From Rhizobium sp. Q54 (GTDB taxonomy: Bacteria; Pseudomonadota; Alphaproteobacteria; UBA7879; VGCX01), in NCBI GenBank assembly GCA_945870825.1, contig CAMBTM010000005.1:33-64032 (forward strand): a stretch of DNA of 64,000 nt, written 5' to 3'. The notes below the pieces were generated by a model, which was not told where the DNA came from, made no database searches, and worked only from the letters and a program-made list of their open reading frames with translations. Position numbers and translations under genes: made by a program. Of the stretch, positions 1-9,186 are shown in pieces. Position 1 is the first letter of the stretch, and each line of letters begins with the position of its first letter.

Positions 1-1
1 G

Positions 2-688
2 GCGGGCGGGGCCCCTAGGACCGTTGGGGGCGCAATGGACAGTCCTGCAATAATTCCCCCTCTTCCCACTGCAAGTGTACCAAGACCGCTTGGAAGAGCT
101 ATCCCTGACGTTGCCAGAGGGTTTGAAGAAGAATACAACCAGTTTTTAAGGATGATGCTGGTCTATAAACCCAATGAAGACAATGATGTTGGGCGTGTTA
201 ATATCCCTGTTCATAGTCTGATGAATCCACTTTCTGGAAGGTTTGATCTGAGTGCTTTTGGGGATACTGGGAAATATATCAGTATTCATACCGGGTATAG
301 AAAAGGAAAAATACCTGCCAACAAAGATAAGGTAGAAATTTGGATCTGTCCGAGGTTTTTAGCAGCCCAGAAGTTAGAAACCACGGCCGCGCATCTTGGA
401 CTAATCATGACAGAATGGGAGAATCCTGTTGGATATTTCTGGACGCTGGGAAATTGGAATAATTTGTATTGGTATGATTATTTAATAAAAGGTGGAGCAG
501 CTATAGATCCTACAAAAAATTTATATGAAAAAGCGCGTCACAGCCGTCATCGCATCGAACGCTCACCGCCCAGACCAATGCGACCCGATGCATGGCCATG
601 GCTGCGAGTTGCCGAGGCAGGGGTGGGTGAGGGAAGCAGCAGATATATTTATTTATGTGATAGCGTGAGCGGTGTGGGGGCGAAATAG
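2..688 (+). CDS. Hypothetical protein, probably 5'-partial, with an abrupt GC-rich 3' tail
   Basis: The frame is open from position 2 (AGGAPRTVGGA-MDSPA...). Globular-looking core (GRFDLSAFGDTGKYISIHTGYRKGK...VEIWICPRFL...YFWTLGNW). No recognisable catalytic motif. Confidence 0.7.
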   Translation, partial: AGGAPRTVGGAMDSPAIIPPLPTASVPRPLGRAIPDVARGFEEEYNQFLRMMLVYKPNEDNDVGRVNIPVHSLMNPLSGRFDLSAFGDTGKYISIHTGYRKGKIPANKDKVEIWICPRFLAAQKLETTAAHLGLIMTEWENPVGYFWTLGNWNNLYWYDYLIKGGAAIDPTKNLYEKARHSRHRIERSPPRPMRPDAWPWLRVAEAGVGEGSSRYIYLCDSVSGVGAK

Positions 689-691
689 GCT

Positions 692-1190
692 TTAAGCGGT
701 TGCCGGCCGGACCAGGGATATCAATTGGGGCAAGCAGCGTCGCAAGCTTGCCTCAAAGTGATGATTGACCTTACCTAAGCCGAGCATGAGCCATCGCCCC
801 CCCCAACTCCCAATAGAGTGACGTACCGCAGCTCGAGATGCACAAACTGTGGGCTTATTCTTAGCCCTCTCTTGTATCCGAGCTAACCGTGTCGCCCACT
901 CAATGTCGTTGGGCTTAGGTTCATTGGCCTGATACTCTGAGATATCGCGGTGGTGGTCTTGTCTTCTATTGTACCGCTTTTGTGCACCACGCCCGTACAA
1001 GCGCGGTGGCGCGTTCACTCATCCGGCGAATGGTTTCCGATGAGGGAAGGAGTGTTTTATCATCCATGTAGTACCCCAAAAAGTTAAATCCATGGGATAT
1101 TTTACCAATATAGGTTTTGGTGGGATGAAGATGGAGTTTTAAATCCTTCATGATATGGTGAGTTTTTTTAATAACTTTTCTTAAGCGCAT
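692..1190 (-). pseudogene. C-terminal fragment of a bacterial reverse transcriptase (RT domains 6-7 plus thumb/tail), 5'-truncated and frameshifted
   Basis: LRKVIKKTHHIMKDLKLHLHPTKTYIGKISHGFNFLGYY matches the L.L...KT / GF.FLGY RT signature. The YxDD motif is absent. ORFs 966-1289 and 692-1018 join by a single-base shift near 1000 (SERATA|LYGRGAQKRY). Confidence 0.75.
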
Positions 1191-1483
1191 TGCCTCATAA
1201 AAAATCGAACTATTTAGGGACCGTTGCCTCACGGTTGATTGTACTTGTTTACAGTGGCCAGAGCAATGAGAGTTCACATTTATCATCAATTCCTAATATA
1301 TCAATGTATATTCACTATATATTTATTGTGGTTGCCAAAGGCAGCTTCTCTAGGGTTTTAAGAAAATAACCCTTATTATTCAATGAAGATTTCTGAAATA
1401 CCCAGAAAATAAGGCTCTAGACTTGCAAAAAGTATTTTTAAGAGCCTTGAGTTTTTCTTTCTTTTGCAGCTTCTATTCATAGG

Positions 1484-1938
1484 ATTTTAGATTGGTTTCA
1501 TTTAAGCATGAAGATAAAAAATATCTCGTTGTCTGAGGCGTTAAAACAAAAATTAATTCACATAAAATGGCATTTGTGGCGAGGGAATTTAGAAAGAGCC
1601 CTTCAACGATTAACCACTCTTATAACCCTATGTTCTGGTGTATCAGCCGAACGATTAAAAAAGTTAAAAAATTATGTTGAAAACAATGCTGATAAAATCA
1701 TTAATTATAGAGAACGCCAAAAGCAAGGACTTCCGTTTACTAGTAATATTGCTGAATCAACAGTAGAAAGCCTCATCAACCAACGATGTAAAGGTCAGCA
1801 ACATATGCGTTGGTCGAGAGAAGGATTAGATCCTATTTTGCAAATTAGAGCGGCCATTGCCAGCAACGATTGGGATAAAAACTGGAGAACGGCTATCTCT
1901 TCAATCTAATTATATACAACCATAAATATTACACTTCC
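1484..1938 (+). mobile_element. ISKra4-family (IS256-related) transposase, C-terminal remnant, with a possible right end near 1938
   Basis: In-frame ILDWFHLSM upstream of ORF 1508-1909, then WHLWRG, INYRERQKQGLPFTSNIAESTVESLINQRCKGQQHMRWS. The N-terminal part is missing. Confidence 0.8.
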
Positions 1939-2043
1939 TTTGAGAAACATCAACATATGGATATTTTTTTAAAAGCGCTTCATGATCTAACCCCATGAAT
2001 GTATTCACGATCTCATTCTCCAGACTGCCTCTTGCGTCTCATA

Positions 2044-2060
2044 TGTACTGAACTCATACA
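2044..2060 (+). promoter_or_regulatory. 17-bp motif TGTACTGAACTCATACA (copy 1 of 3)
   Basis: Identical to 55331-55347 and 15/17 to the reverse complement of 10048-10064. TGTA/TACA inverted ends. Function unknown. Confidence 0.5.
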
Positions 2061-2134
2061 GGGCTGTAGTTCTCCATTGATTTTCAGCAGTCGTTCAGAT
2101 AAATTAAATATATAACAATAATAAATGCACTGGG

Positions 2135-4855
2135 ATGGCGGTAAAAAAATTCATTAACGTCCTGTTTTTACTCACCATTATTTGTATGGCGATGGAGGCT
2201 TATGCCCAAGTCACATCGTTTGCAGAACAATTCATTACAAAACCTCTTGAATCCAAATCCATGATGCGCCCAGAAGATGATGCAGAAAAGGCGGCTGAAA
2301 ATATGCGAGAGGCCCCAGAGGGCACAGATGAAACCTTAAAAAAAGAAGCCGAGTCAGAATTCAAACACGATTCTTTTATTCTCAAAAATATCATCTTTAA
2401 AGGAAATACCGTTTACAGTGCTGATGAATTAAAATTTATTTACCAAGAGCAACTCAATAATTTAACCAATCTAAAAACCCTCAAAACGATTGCGACAAAG
2501 ATCTCTGACTTCTATCGTAAAAATGGGTATATTCTGTCGCGTGCCATTTTGCCAACCCAAGAAATTGTCGGTGGTACTGTTGTTATTAATATCCACGAAG
2601 AAGGGATTAAGCACATTAGTTTTCAAGGGGATGTGGAGGCAATCGCCCACCTTAAAGACATTGTTCAAACAAACCTCTTTAAATCTGTGCCCTTTCGTTT
2701 GAAGGACTTACAAACACAGATCAACCTGCTACGTGCCAGTACGTCTGTCATGGTTTATCCAGAGTTAACACCTGAAAGCAAAAAATCTTTAGATACAAAA
2801 TTGACCCTTGTGATTAAAGCAACCCCCAAAGATCTCGAGGATCCTATTGAAAATAAAGACGGATCTTTTTACCTGAAACGCATTGATTTGAAAGGGAACA
2901 AGATGATTGTGACCGAAGACTTGGAGACCCTGTTTCGACAAGACTTGGGCAAGCAGGTCACAGAAAAGAAACTTCAAGAGATTGCTTCTCGCATTTCAGC
3001 GTTCTATCGCGCCCAAGGATTTGTGCTGTCACGCGCTTTTTTGCCAAAGCAGACAGCCCATGATGGAAGAGTTTATATTGTCATTAAAGAAGGCAACCTC
3101 CATAAGGTTTCTATAGAAGGGGATATAGAAGGCGTATCGCCGGAAAAAATTACTGAAACTACCAATGCTATTGATACCCTGCGCCCTTTCCATTTAAAGG
3201 ATCTGACACGGTACACAGCGATGGTTCAAGAACTAGGACATTTCCACGTTTACCCCAGCTTGAAGCCCGTTAAAACAGGCACCAAAGCAGATCTTGTCTT
3301 TTTCATCAAAAGCATGAAACCTGAGGAAATCCAAGAACAAGAAATAGAAAAAGTCGAAATACCAACGAACTTTAAACTAACCCAAGTGGAAATAACAGGC
3401 AATACCGCTTTTGATACAGAACGCCTTTTAGAATTTGCGGAAGATAAAATAGGGAAGATTATTTCCCTTCAAGATGTCCAAGAAATGACTCAAAATATCA
3501 CTCGGTTTTATCGCCAAAAAGGCTATATCTTGTCCCAAGCCATTTTGCCCCCCCAAGATGTGGAAAATGGCCGCATTCAGATTAAAGTCCTCGAAGGGTA
3601 TATCAGTGAGATCATTTTTGAAGGGGATACTCACGATATCGAAGATTTCTTAGCCAGTACCGCCGATAGTATTAAAAATTCACGCCCTCTACATATCAGG
3701 GATTTGGAAAGTCATCTTCTACGCCTCAAAGATCTGCCTCATCTCAGTGTAACATCGACCATGCGCCCTAGTACCCATATCAAATATTCATCAACCCTCA
3801 TCGTGACTGTGAAAAAACATTACTGGGAAGGCAGCATCAGCGGGAACAACTACGGCAGTGAAAATGTAGGTCCCGTTCAAGCAACAGCTATGTTGAGTTT
3901 TGTAAGCCCCCTGAGTTCTGCTCATAAAATGAATGTCTCCGTTTCAAAGAGCTATGAACCCCATGAATTGAAATTATTGCAAACCGGCTATACTATCCCC
4001 GTTGGCACAAGCGGGGCCAAAGTCACCTTAGACACCATGATTTCAAGATCCCAGCCCAGCAGTGCTAATTTTGGCTCAAACCTTCAGATCTATGGATCAG
4101 AAAATCGTATGGGTGCCAGTGCGTCTGTTCCGGTCCTTAGGGGACGTTACTATAATCTTTACGGAAACCTTGATTTTACATCTCGTAATGTAGAGTCAAC
4201 ATCCTCGTTGAATCTAACAGATACTATGGACCGTATCCGCAAGGTATCCACGGGATTTGTCCTTGATTTTAGTGATGTCTTGCAGGGTATGAATATTATC
4301 CGCGTCGATGGTGTCCACGGCCTTCCCGTCTTTGGGGCAACACGAAAAGAACAAGGGAATAAATCCCGCCCCACTGGGGACCCTCGTTTTTATCTCGTGA
4401 ATTTCTTCGCATCCCGAGAACAACATATTTTTGGGCCCTTCTCTCTTTATGGTCTGGCTCATGGACAAGTATCCTTTAGCCCCCTCCTTTCTGCAGAACG
4501 GTTCAGAGGCGGTGGTATGCCTTATAACAAGGCTTATCCAAACTCTGCCATCACAGGTGACAGTGGCGTCGAAGAAAAATTAGAATTCCGCTACACAAAA
4601 CCCATGGAGAACTTCTTGAAGCACTATATGGTGTATTTTTATGCCAGCCAAATCCAAATTTGGAATAGAACAGAAGAAGTCGCAGAAAAGAAAAAAGGCA
4701 AAGCCAATGCCATCGGTATTGGAGGGCGCGCCACCTTCCAAAGTGGCCCCACACTAGAACTCGAGTACGGTCGCCCCACCACAGCAACTGTCAACAATCA
4801 ACGATATAAATCCAAAATTCTCATGGGATTCACGTATGCCATGAATAATGGATAA
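2135..4855 (+). CDS. ShlB/FhaC/HecB (TpsB, Omp85 superfamily) outer-membrane transporter with three tandem POTRA pairs
   Basis: Signal peptide. Three repeats of F.L..I...GN...I..FYR..G(Y/F).LS.A.LP.Q...G...I...EG. Barrel starts NNYGSENVGP. Loop-6-like ERFRGGG...AYP...GDSG. C-terminal beta strand. Confidence 0.9.
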   Translation: MAVKKFINVLFLLTIICMAMEAYAQVTSFAEQFITKPLESKSMMRPEDDAEKAAENMREAPEGTDETLKKEAESEFKHDSFILKNIIFKGNTVYSADELKFIYQEQLNNLTNLKTLKTIATKISDFYRKNGYILSRAILPTQEIVGGTVVINIHEEGIKHISFQGDVEAIAHLKDIVQTNLFKSVPFRLKDLQTQINLLRASTSVMVYPELTPESKKSLDTKLTLVIKATPKDLEDPIENKDGSFYLKRIDLKGNKMIVTEDLETLFRQDLGKQVTEKKLQEIASRISAFYRAQGFVLSRAFLPKQTAHDGRVYIVIKEGNLHKVSIEGDIEGVSPEKITETTNAIDTLRPFHLKDLTRYTAMVQELGHFHVYPSLKPVKTGTKADLVFFIKSMKPEEIQEQEIEKVEIPTNFKLTQVEITGNTAFDTERLLEFAEDKIGKIISLQDVQEMTQNITRFYRQKGYILSQAILPPQDVENGRIQIKVLEGYISEIIFEGDTHDIEDFLASTADSIKNSRPLHIRDLESHLLRLKDLPHLSVTSTMRPSTHIKYSSTLIVTVKKHYWEGSISGNNYGSENVGPVQATAMLSFVSPLSSAHKMNVSVSKSYEPHELKLLQTGYTIPVGTSGAKVTLDTMISRSQPSSANFGSNLQIYGSENRMGASASVPVLRGRYYNLYGNLDFTSRNVESTSSLNLTDTMDRIRKVSTGFVLDFSDVLQGMNIIRVDGVHGLPVFGATRKEQGNKSRPTGDPRFYLVNFFASREQHIFGPFSLYGLAHGQVSFSPLLSAERFRGGGMPYNKAYPNSAITGDSGVEEKLEFRYTKPMENFLKHYMVYFYASQIQIWNRTEEVAEKKKGKANAIGIGGRATFQSGPTLELEYGRPTTATVNNQRYKSKILMGFTYAMNNG

Positions 4856-4987
4856 TAGGATCAGCAACTCTCTGGAGCTGACACAATGCCAGTGATGAGG
4901 ATGGAGAAGAGGTGTGAATCATCTGCGAAGGACAGCCTGTGGGGAAATAGCTTCCTTATCAATGGGTTCAAGAGAGAAGTTGTTCGA

Positions 4988-6277
4988 TTATTTATCGACG
5001 GGAAACTTCTTCATGAGGACAAGAAGAATCAAGAGTCCTGGGACAGCCCCTACTGTTGCAACGAAAAAGAACGTTACCCAATCAAAGTGCTCGGCCAAAG
5101 GCCCTGAGACCAAGGACGAAACATAGGTCCGGGGGATCGCCATGATGGCAGAAAAAAGGGCGTATTGTGTTCCTGTAAAGGACTGATTACACAGCCTTGA
5201 AAGGTACGCCACAAATCCACTGGCCATGGCACCCGCCGATAAGTTTTCAGCTGCCACAGTCGCGTATAAAAGCGGCACAGAATGCCCTGTGTGGGCCAAA
5301 AGAACAAATAAGAGGTTCGCCCCCATATGCATGAGTCCTGCAACCAACATGGTCTTCATAATGCCCCAGCGGAAACCAATACTTCCCCCGATGAATCCCC
5401 CCAAAACCACCATCCATATGCCAAAAGTCTTTGTGGCAATGGCGATCTGTGTCCCTGTAAAGCCCAGCTCTTGGTAAAAGACCATGGACATCCGGCCAAT
5501 CATTTGGTCTCCAAAATAGTAGAGAAGAATGAACGCCAAAATCCATCCCCACCCCGATTTTTGAATAAAGTCTTTAAACGGTCCCACATAAGATTCCAGT
5601 ACCCAGTCGATCACACCCCCTGGCCTTGGTGCCCGAGTACTTTTAGGCTCTTTGCAGATCAGTGTTGTAAGAATCCCAACTGCCATGAAAAGGGCCAAAA
5701 TAAGATAGACCATATCCCACGTCATCCGGTCCGATAACCAAAGCCCCAAGCTTCCGGTCAACATCATACCCAAACGGTATCCAAAGACCTCCATACTAGC
5801 CCCTGCAGGGTATTCTTCTTTTTCCAAAGACTCCACACGGTATGCGTCAATAATAATATCTTGAGTCGCTGAACAAAATGCCAAAATCAGGGCAAAGATT
5901 GCCATACGTTCAATATTGTGGGTCGGATCACTTTGTCCCATCAAGATAATACTGGCTGTGAGGAAAATTTGGATCAGTAACAACCACCCCCGCCGCAGTC
6001 CCAGCTTTTTGAAAAAGAACGGCGGATTGAGGCGATCCACAAAAGGCGCCCAGACGGGTTTTAAGGTATAAGGCATCCCAACCAACCCAAAAAGGGCAAT
6101 GGATGTTTTGGAAATACCAACGGATGCCAACCACCATGACACAACAGAAATGGTCATCATCAAAGGAAGACCACTTGAAAAACCAAGGAGAAGAACCACA
6201 ATAAGCCGTGGACGCAAGTAAAAAGAAAAAAAATCCAAAAAAATCTTCTTGTTTATTGATTTTTTATTTTTTGACAT
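4988..6277 (-). CDS. ampG: AmpG-family muropeptide MFS transporter
   Basis: LLGFSSGLP, KPVWAPFVD, LRRGWLL, SATQDIIIDAYRVE, TQYALFS motifs. Confidence 0.95.
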   Translation of the reverse strand: MSKNKKSINKKIFLDFFSFYLRPRLIVVLLLGFSSGLPLMMTISVVSWWLASVGISKTSIALFGLVGMPYTLKPVWAPFVDRLNPPFFFKKLGLRRGWLLLIQIFLTASIILMGQSDPTHNIERMAIFALILAFCSATQDIIIDAYRVESLEKEEYPAGASMEVFGYRLGMMLTGSLGLWLSDRMTWDMVYLILALFMAVGILTTLICKEPKSTRAPRPGGVIDWVLESYVGPFKDFIQKSGWGWILAFILLYYFGDQMIGRMSMVFYQELGFTGTQIAIATKTFGIWMVVLGGFIGGSIGFRWGIMKTMLVAGLMHMGANLLFVLLAHTGHSVPLLYATVAAENLSAGAMASGFVAYLSRLCNQSFTGTQYALFSAIMAIPRTYVSSLVSGPLAEHFDWVTFFFVATVGAVPGLLILLVLMKKFPVDK

Positions 6278-6290
6278 TGATGAATTCCTA

Positions 6291-6539
6291 TTAATCTACC
6301 CAATCCAATTGATCCATTATTTTCTGGGCAACCCATACAAAGAATATTACCGAAGGGTAGGCGATGACAATGCCTTTTCCAAAGCCTCTCAACCAGTCCT
6401 CGAAAAAGGCCCCAGAAAAACCATGATGCCATACGCGCATAGAAAAGGACATGGTGGCACTGACAGGTATCACCACAAAAAAAGCCATAACAAATCGAAA
6501 ATATTTCTTCTTTATTCTAATCGACATCGTCTTTTCCAT
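6291..6539 (-). CDS. Small two-TM membrane protein (DUF2798-like)
   Basis: Two hydrophobic segments with GF...F...WL..F....IAYP pattern. Lies in the same co-directional run as its neighbours. Confidence 0.7.
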   Translation of the reverse strand: MEKTMSIRIKKKYFRFVMAFFVVIPVSATMSFSMRVWHHGFSGAFFEDWLRGFGKGIVIAYPSVIFFVWVAQKIMDQLDWVD

Positions 6540-8272
6540 TCATAAATGTTTAATCCATGATCAGCGTATACTTCCCTACAAAATCCGCCACACCGTTGCT
6601 CAAATTCTTTGATATCGCGTTGATGGACAACAAATAATTTAGGATAAGGATCCTCTGCGGCTGTTTGAAAATCTAAAAAACGTCCCTTCCCTGCAGTTGT
6701 CGTTTGTCCAAAAGCCAAATCTGCGCTTTCACTGTCAACAATCGGTAGCGGCTTTCCGTAATAGAAAATGACGCTGGAGAAGTGTTCAAACCGCTTATAG
6801 AGATAAATGTGTTTATGAAACTGTTTTAAAAATCGGGCCCCTTCAATGGCAGAAATTTCTGTATTCTTTGAAGGAAGGATCCACGTTGCCCCTATCAATG
6901 CTAGTGTTGCAAAGATAGTCGCGATTTTTAAAAGGCGGACAAAACGGGTGTGATGGCTGAAATAATCGACAAGCAGAAGAGCCAACGGCGGCATCCCAAG
7001 AACCATGTAATAATTGGCTTTGGCTTGAGATGCACTAAAAAACAAAAAGACTAACCCAAACCATAGCCATAAAAAAAGTCTCAGGCTTGAATCGGGCGAT
7101 GGCTTAGAAATGGATTTTCCCACAAATGGCAAAAGGAAGGTCCAAGGCAGAAAATAGGCTGGTAAGCGGATCAGATAATAGTAAAGAGGGCCGTGATAAT
7201 AATCCCGGGGCACGCGTTTGTCTAAAAACCGCATGACGTGTTCATTAATAAAATAGAACCAGGAAAAATCAAGTTGTTGGAAATGAGCCAAAATATGCCA
7301 AGGACCTGTGATGATAAGAAAAAGCATGATGCCCAAGGTATCCCAAAGGGCAAATATTTTAGAAAATGATCGGTATTTTACCCATTGAAATATCCCACAG
7401 ATAAGCCCTATTAGACACAATGATAGAAGGCCTTTGGTCAAAATGGCAAAACTTAAGAAAACATAAAAGAACCTTATCCATTTTTTCTTCCCTGTTTGAT
7501 CAAAAAGATAAAATGATAGCATGGCAAAGGTAAAAAAAGCCGTTAAAAGACCATCAAAGAAGACCATGCGGGAGAAAACAGCAAAGCCTAAGCTTGTGGC
7601 AAGCAGAGTTCCAGCCCAAAATCCCTGACGGGTTTTGCCTAACCTATGGCAGAAGAAAATAAGGGAAAGGGTTGTCAAAAAACCAAAAGTTGCAGGGATA
7701 ACCCGCGCAGCCAAAACACTTTTTCCAAAAAGGGTGTAAGAGAAGGATATAAGCCAATAGAGCATAGGGGGTTTTTCAATATAGGGAACCCCATTCAAGA
7801 TCGGGATGACGAAATCTTTATTTTCCAGCATCTCCCACGCAATTTGCGCGTAAAGTCCCTCATTGTTATTAAGTAGAGCATAACTTGAAAGCCCCCAATA
7901 AAAGGCACCAAGGGCCGCAATAATGAACCAGAGAAACATAGTATATAAATTTGTTTGTTCTATTCCGAGTCCCTTGTCATCGTGTTTGCCATCCCTCTCG
8001 CCCTGTTCGTCATCCCCGCGCAGGCGGGGACCCAGGGGAACTGTCGACATATCCACGTTACAAGGCTTTTCCACCCGCAAGAGCTTGTCTGTAATCCTGG
8101 GTCCCCGCCTGCGCGGGGATGACAAGAAGGGAATAGGTCCCCACCTGCACAGGGATGACGAACGGGTAAAAAAGGCAGAAAAAAGACTAAAAAGGCCTAA
8201 AAACTTGGAAAAAATAGACCTTAAGAACTTACTTATCTCATAAAAAATGTCTTTTTTATACCCCCTCATCAT
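6512..8272 (-). CDS. GT39/ArnT-like polyprenyl-phosphate-sugar glycosyltransferase with a palindromic element in its N-terminal extension
   Basis: NEGLYAQIAWEM, PYIEKPPMLYW, LTKG, PW...FYFINEHVMRF, GPLYYY motifs. ATG at 8272 overlaps the upstream TGA. An alternative start near 7939 is possible. Confidence 0.88.
   Translation of the reverse strand: MMRGYKKDIFYEISKFLRSIFSKFLGLFSLFSAFFTRSSSLCRWGPIPFLSSPRRRGPRITDKLLRVEKPCNVDMSTVPLGPRLRGDDEQGERDGKHDDKGLGIEQTNLYTMFLWFIIAALGAFYWGLSSYALLNNNEGLYAQIAWEMLENKDFVIPILNGVPYIEKPPMLYWLISFSYTLFGKSVLAARVIPATFGFLTTLSLIFFCHRLGKTRQGFWAGTLLATSLGFAVFSRMVFFDGLLTAFFTFAMLSFYLFDQTGKKKWIRFFYVFLSFAILTKGLLSLCLIGLICGIFQWVKYRSFSKIFALWDTLGIMLFLIITGPWHILAHFQQLDFSWFYFINEHVMRFLDKRVPRDYYHGPLYYYLIRLPAYFLPWTFLLPFVGKSISKPSPDSSLRLFLWLWFGLVFLFFSASQAKANYYMVLGMPPLALLLVDYFSHHTRFVRLLKIATIFATLALIGATWILPSKNTEISAIEGARFLKQFHKHIYLYKRFEHFSSVIFYYGKPLPIVDSESADLAFGQTTTAGKGRFLDFQTAAEDPYPKLFVVHQRDIKEFEQRCGGFCREVYADHGLNIYEWKRRCRLE
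8009..8159. repeat. REP/RPE-like palindromic element: 28-bp perfect inverted repeat (8009-8036 / 8096-8123) plus a degenerate third arm (8136-8159)
   Basis: GTCATCCCCGCGCAGGCGGGGACCCAGG ... CCTGGGTCCCCGCCTGCGCGGGGATGAC. Each arm is itself a small hairpin. Confidence 0.9.
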
Positions 8273-8859
8273 CAACTCTTATAGCCCAAAAAATTCTCAA
8301 TGACCCGCACAGAAATGTTAATCAACTTCAACCGTTCTTCCGCCTCTTTTGAGCCGCCATTCACATCAGGATGATATTGTTTAACTTGCTTTTTATAGGT
8401 GCGCTTCAGCTCTTCAGAAGTAATGGGAAAAGAAATTTGCATGATGTGCAGGGCCTTCAGTAATTCTTCTGGCAATTTTTGCTGAGGTTTTGGGGATGTT
8501 TTAAATTCTTCCCGCTGCTGAAAAAATCCAAAGACGTCTTCTCTGCCACCAAAGTCCCCTGTTTTAAAGGTGTTGACCTTTTGCCAAGCAGGGCGCCTCC
8601 AGAAAACATCGGCCCGGATTTCTTCTTCAATTTCTTTGGGTGTTAATCCTTTTAAATAATCCCACTGCAGATTATAGTCGCGCACATGATCTTCACAAAA
8701 CCAACGGTATTCCTCGAGAGTCTCGCGACTTTTGGGGGCCTTATAGGCACCTTGCCGCATACAATTGGCAACTTCACAGAAATGATCCAATGCGGGTTCT
8801 TCCGCCTTTGACTTTGTGTAATAGGTTTTAAAGAAACCCTTTCGGTCTTGGGATGTCAT
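8272..8859 (-). CDS. J-domain (DnaJ-family) protein with a C-terminal J domain
   Basis: C...C...G.YKAPKSR...WFC.DHVRDYN..WDY N-terminus and HPD motif (YHPDVNGG). Confidence 0.92.
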   Translation of the reverse strand: MTSQDRKGFFKTYYTKSKAEEPALDHFCEVANCMRQGAYKAPKSRETLEEYRWFCEDHVRDYNLQWDYLKGLTPKEIEEEIRADVFWRRPAWQKVNTFKTGDFGGREDVFGFFQQREEFKTSPKPQQKLPEELLKALHIMQISFPITSEELKRTYKKQVKQYHPDVNGGSKEAEERLKLINISVRVIENFLGYKS

Positions 8860-8928
8860 CAAAAAATGTCCTTACGGGTGTTTTGTTTCTTTGTATAATG
8901 GAATGTATTGAAAAGCTAGAGGAAAGAC

Positions 8929-9186
8929 ATGGGCCCCATTGAAAAGAGCTTGCGAGAAAAAATTGAAGCGGCGTTAGAAATAACCCATATGGCGGTCATT
9001 AATGACTCTGACCATCACCAAGGGCATGGGGGAAACCCTGGCGGCCCTGAAACCCATTTTAAACTTCTGATTATCTCAAAAGATTTTAAGGATAAAACAA
9101 GACTAGACCGCCACCGGATGGTCCTTGCTGTCATCAAGGAAGAAGTTCCCCATATTCATGCATTGAGCATGGATCTACGTCCTTAA
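8929..9186 (+). CDS. bolA: BolA-family protein
   Basis: NDSDHHQGHGG, ETHFKL, S.DF..K.R.DRHRMV, IHALS. Confidence 0.93.
   Translation: MGPIEKSLREKIEAALEITHMAVINDSDHHQGHGGNPGGPETHFKLLIISKDFKDKTRLDRHRMVLAVIKEEVPHIHALSMDLRP

Noticed and set aside
1190-1289. N-terminus of ORF 966-1289 (MMINVNSHCSGHC...) as real RT sequence
   Set aside because: It lacks YxDD and any RT similarity. It looks like unrelated DNA fused at the truncation junction.
1-1300. Complete diversity-generating retroelement (target gene plus RT)
   Set aside because: The RT is truncated and frameshifted, and no template repeat or avd-like gene was found in the window. Kept only as a hypothesis in findings.
7923-8243. Plus-strand 106-aa ORF over the palindromic element
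   Set aside because: Open because of the symmetric GC-rich repeat, and antisense to the ArnT-like gene.
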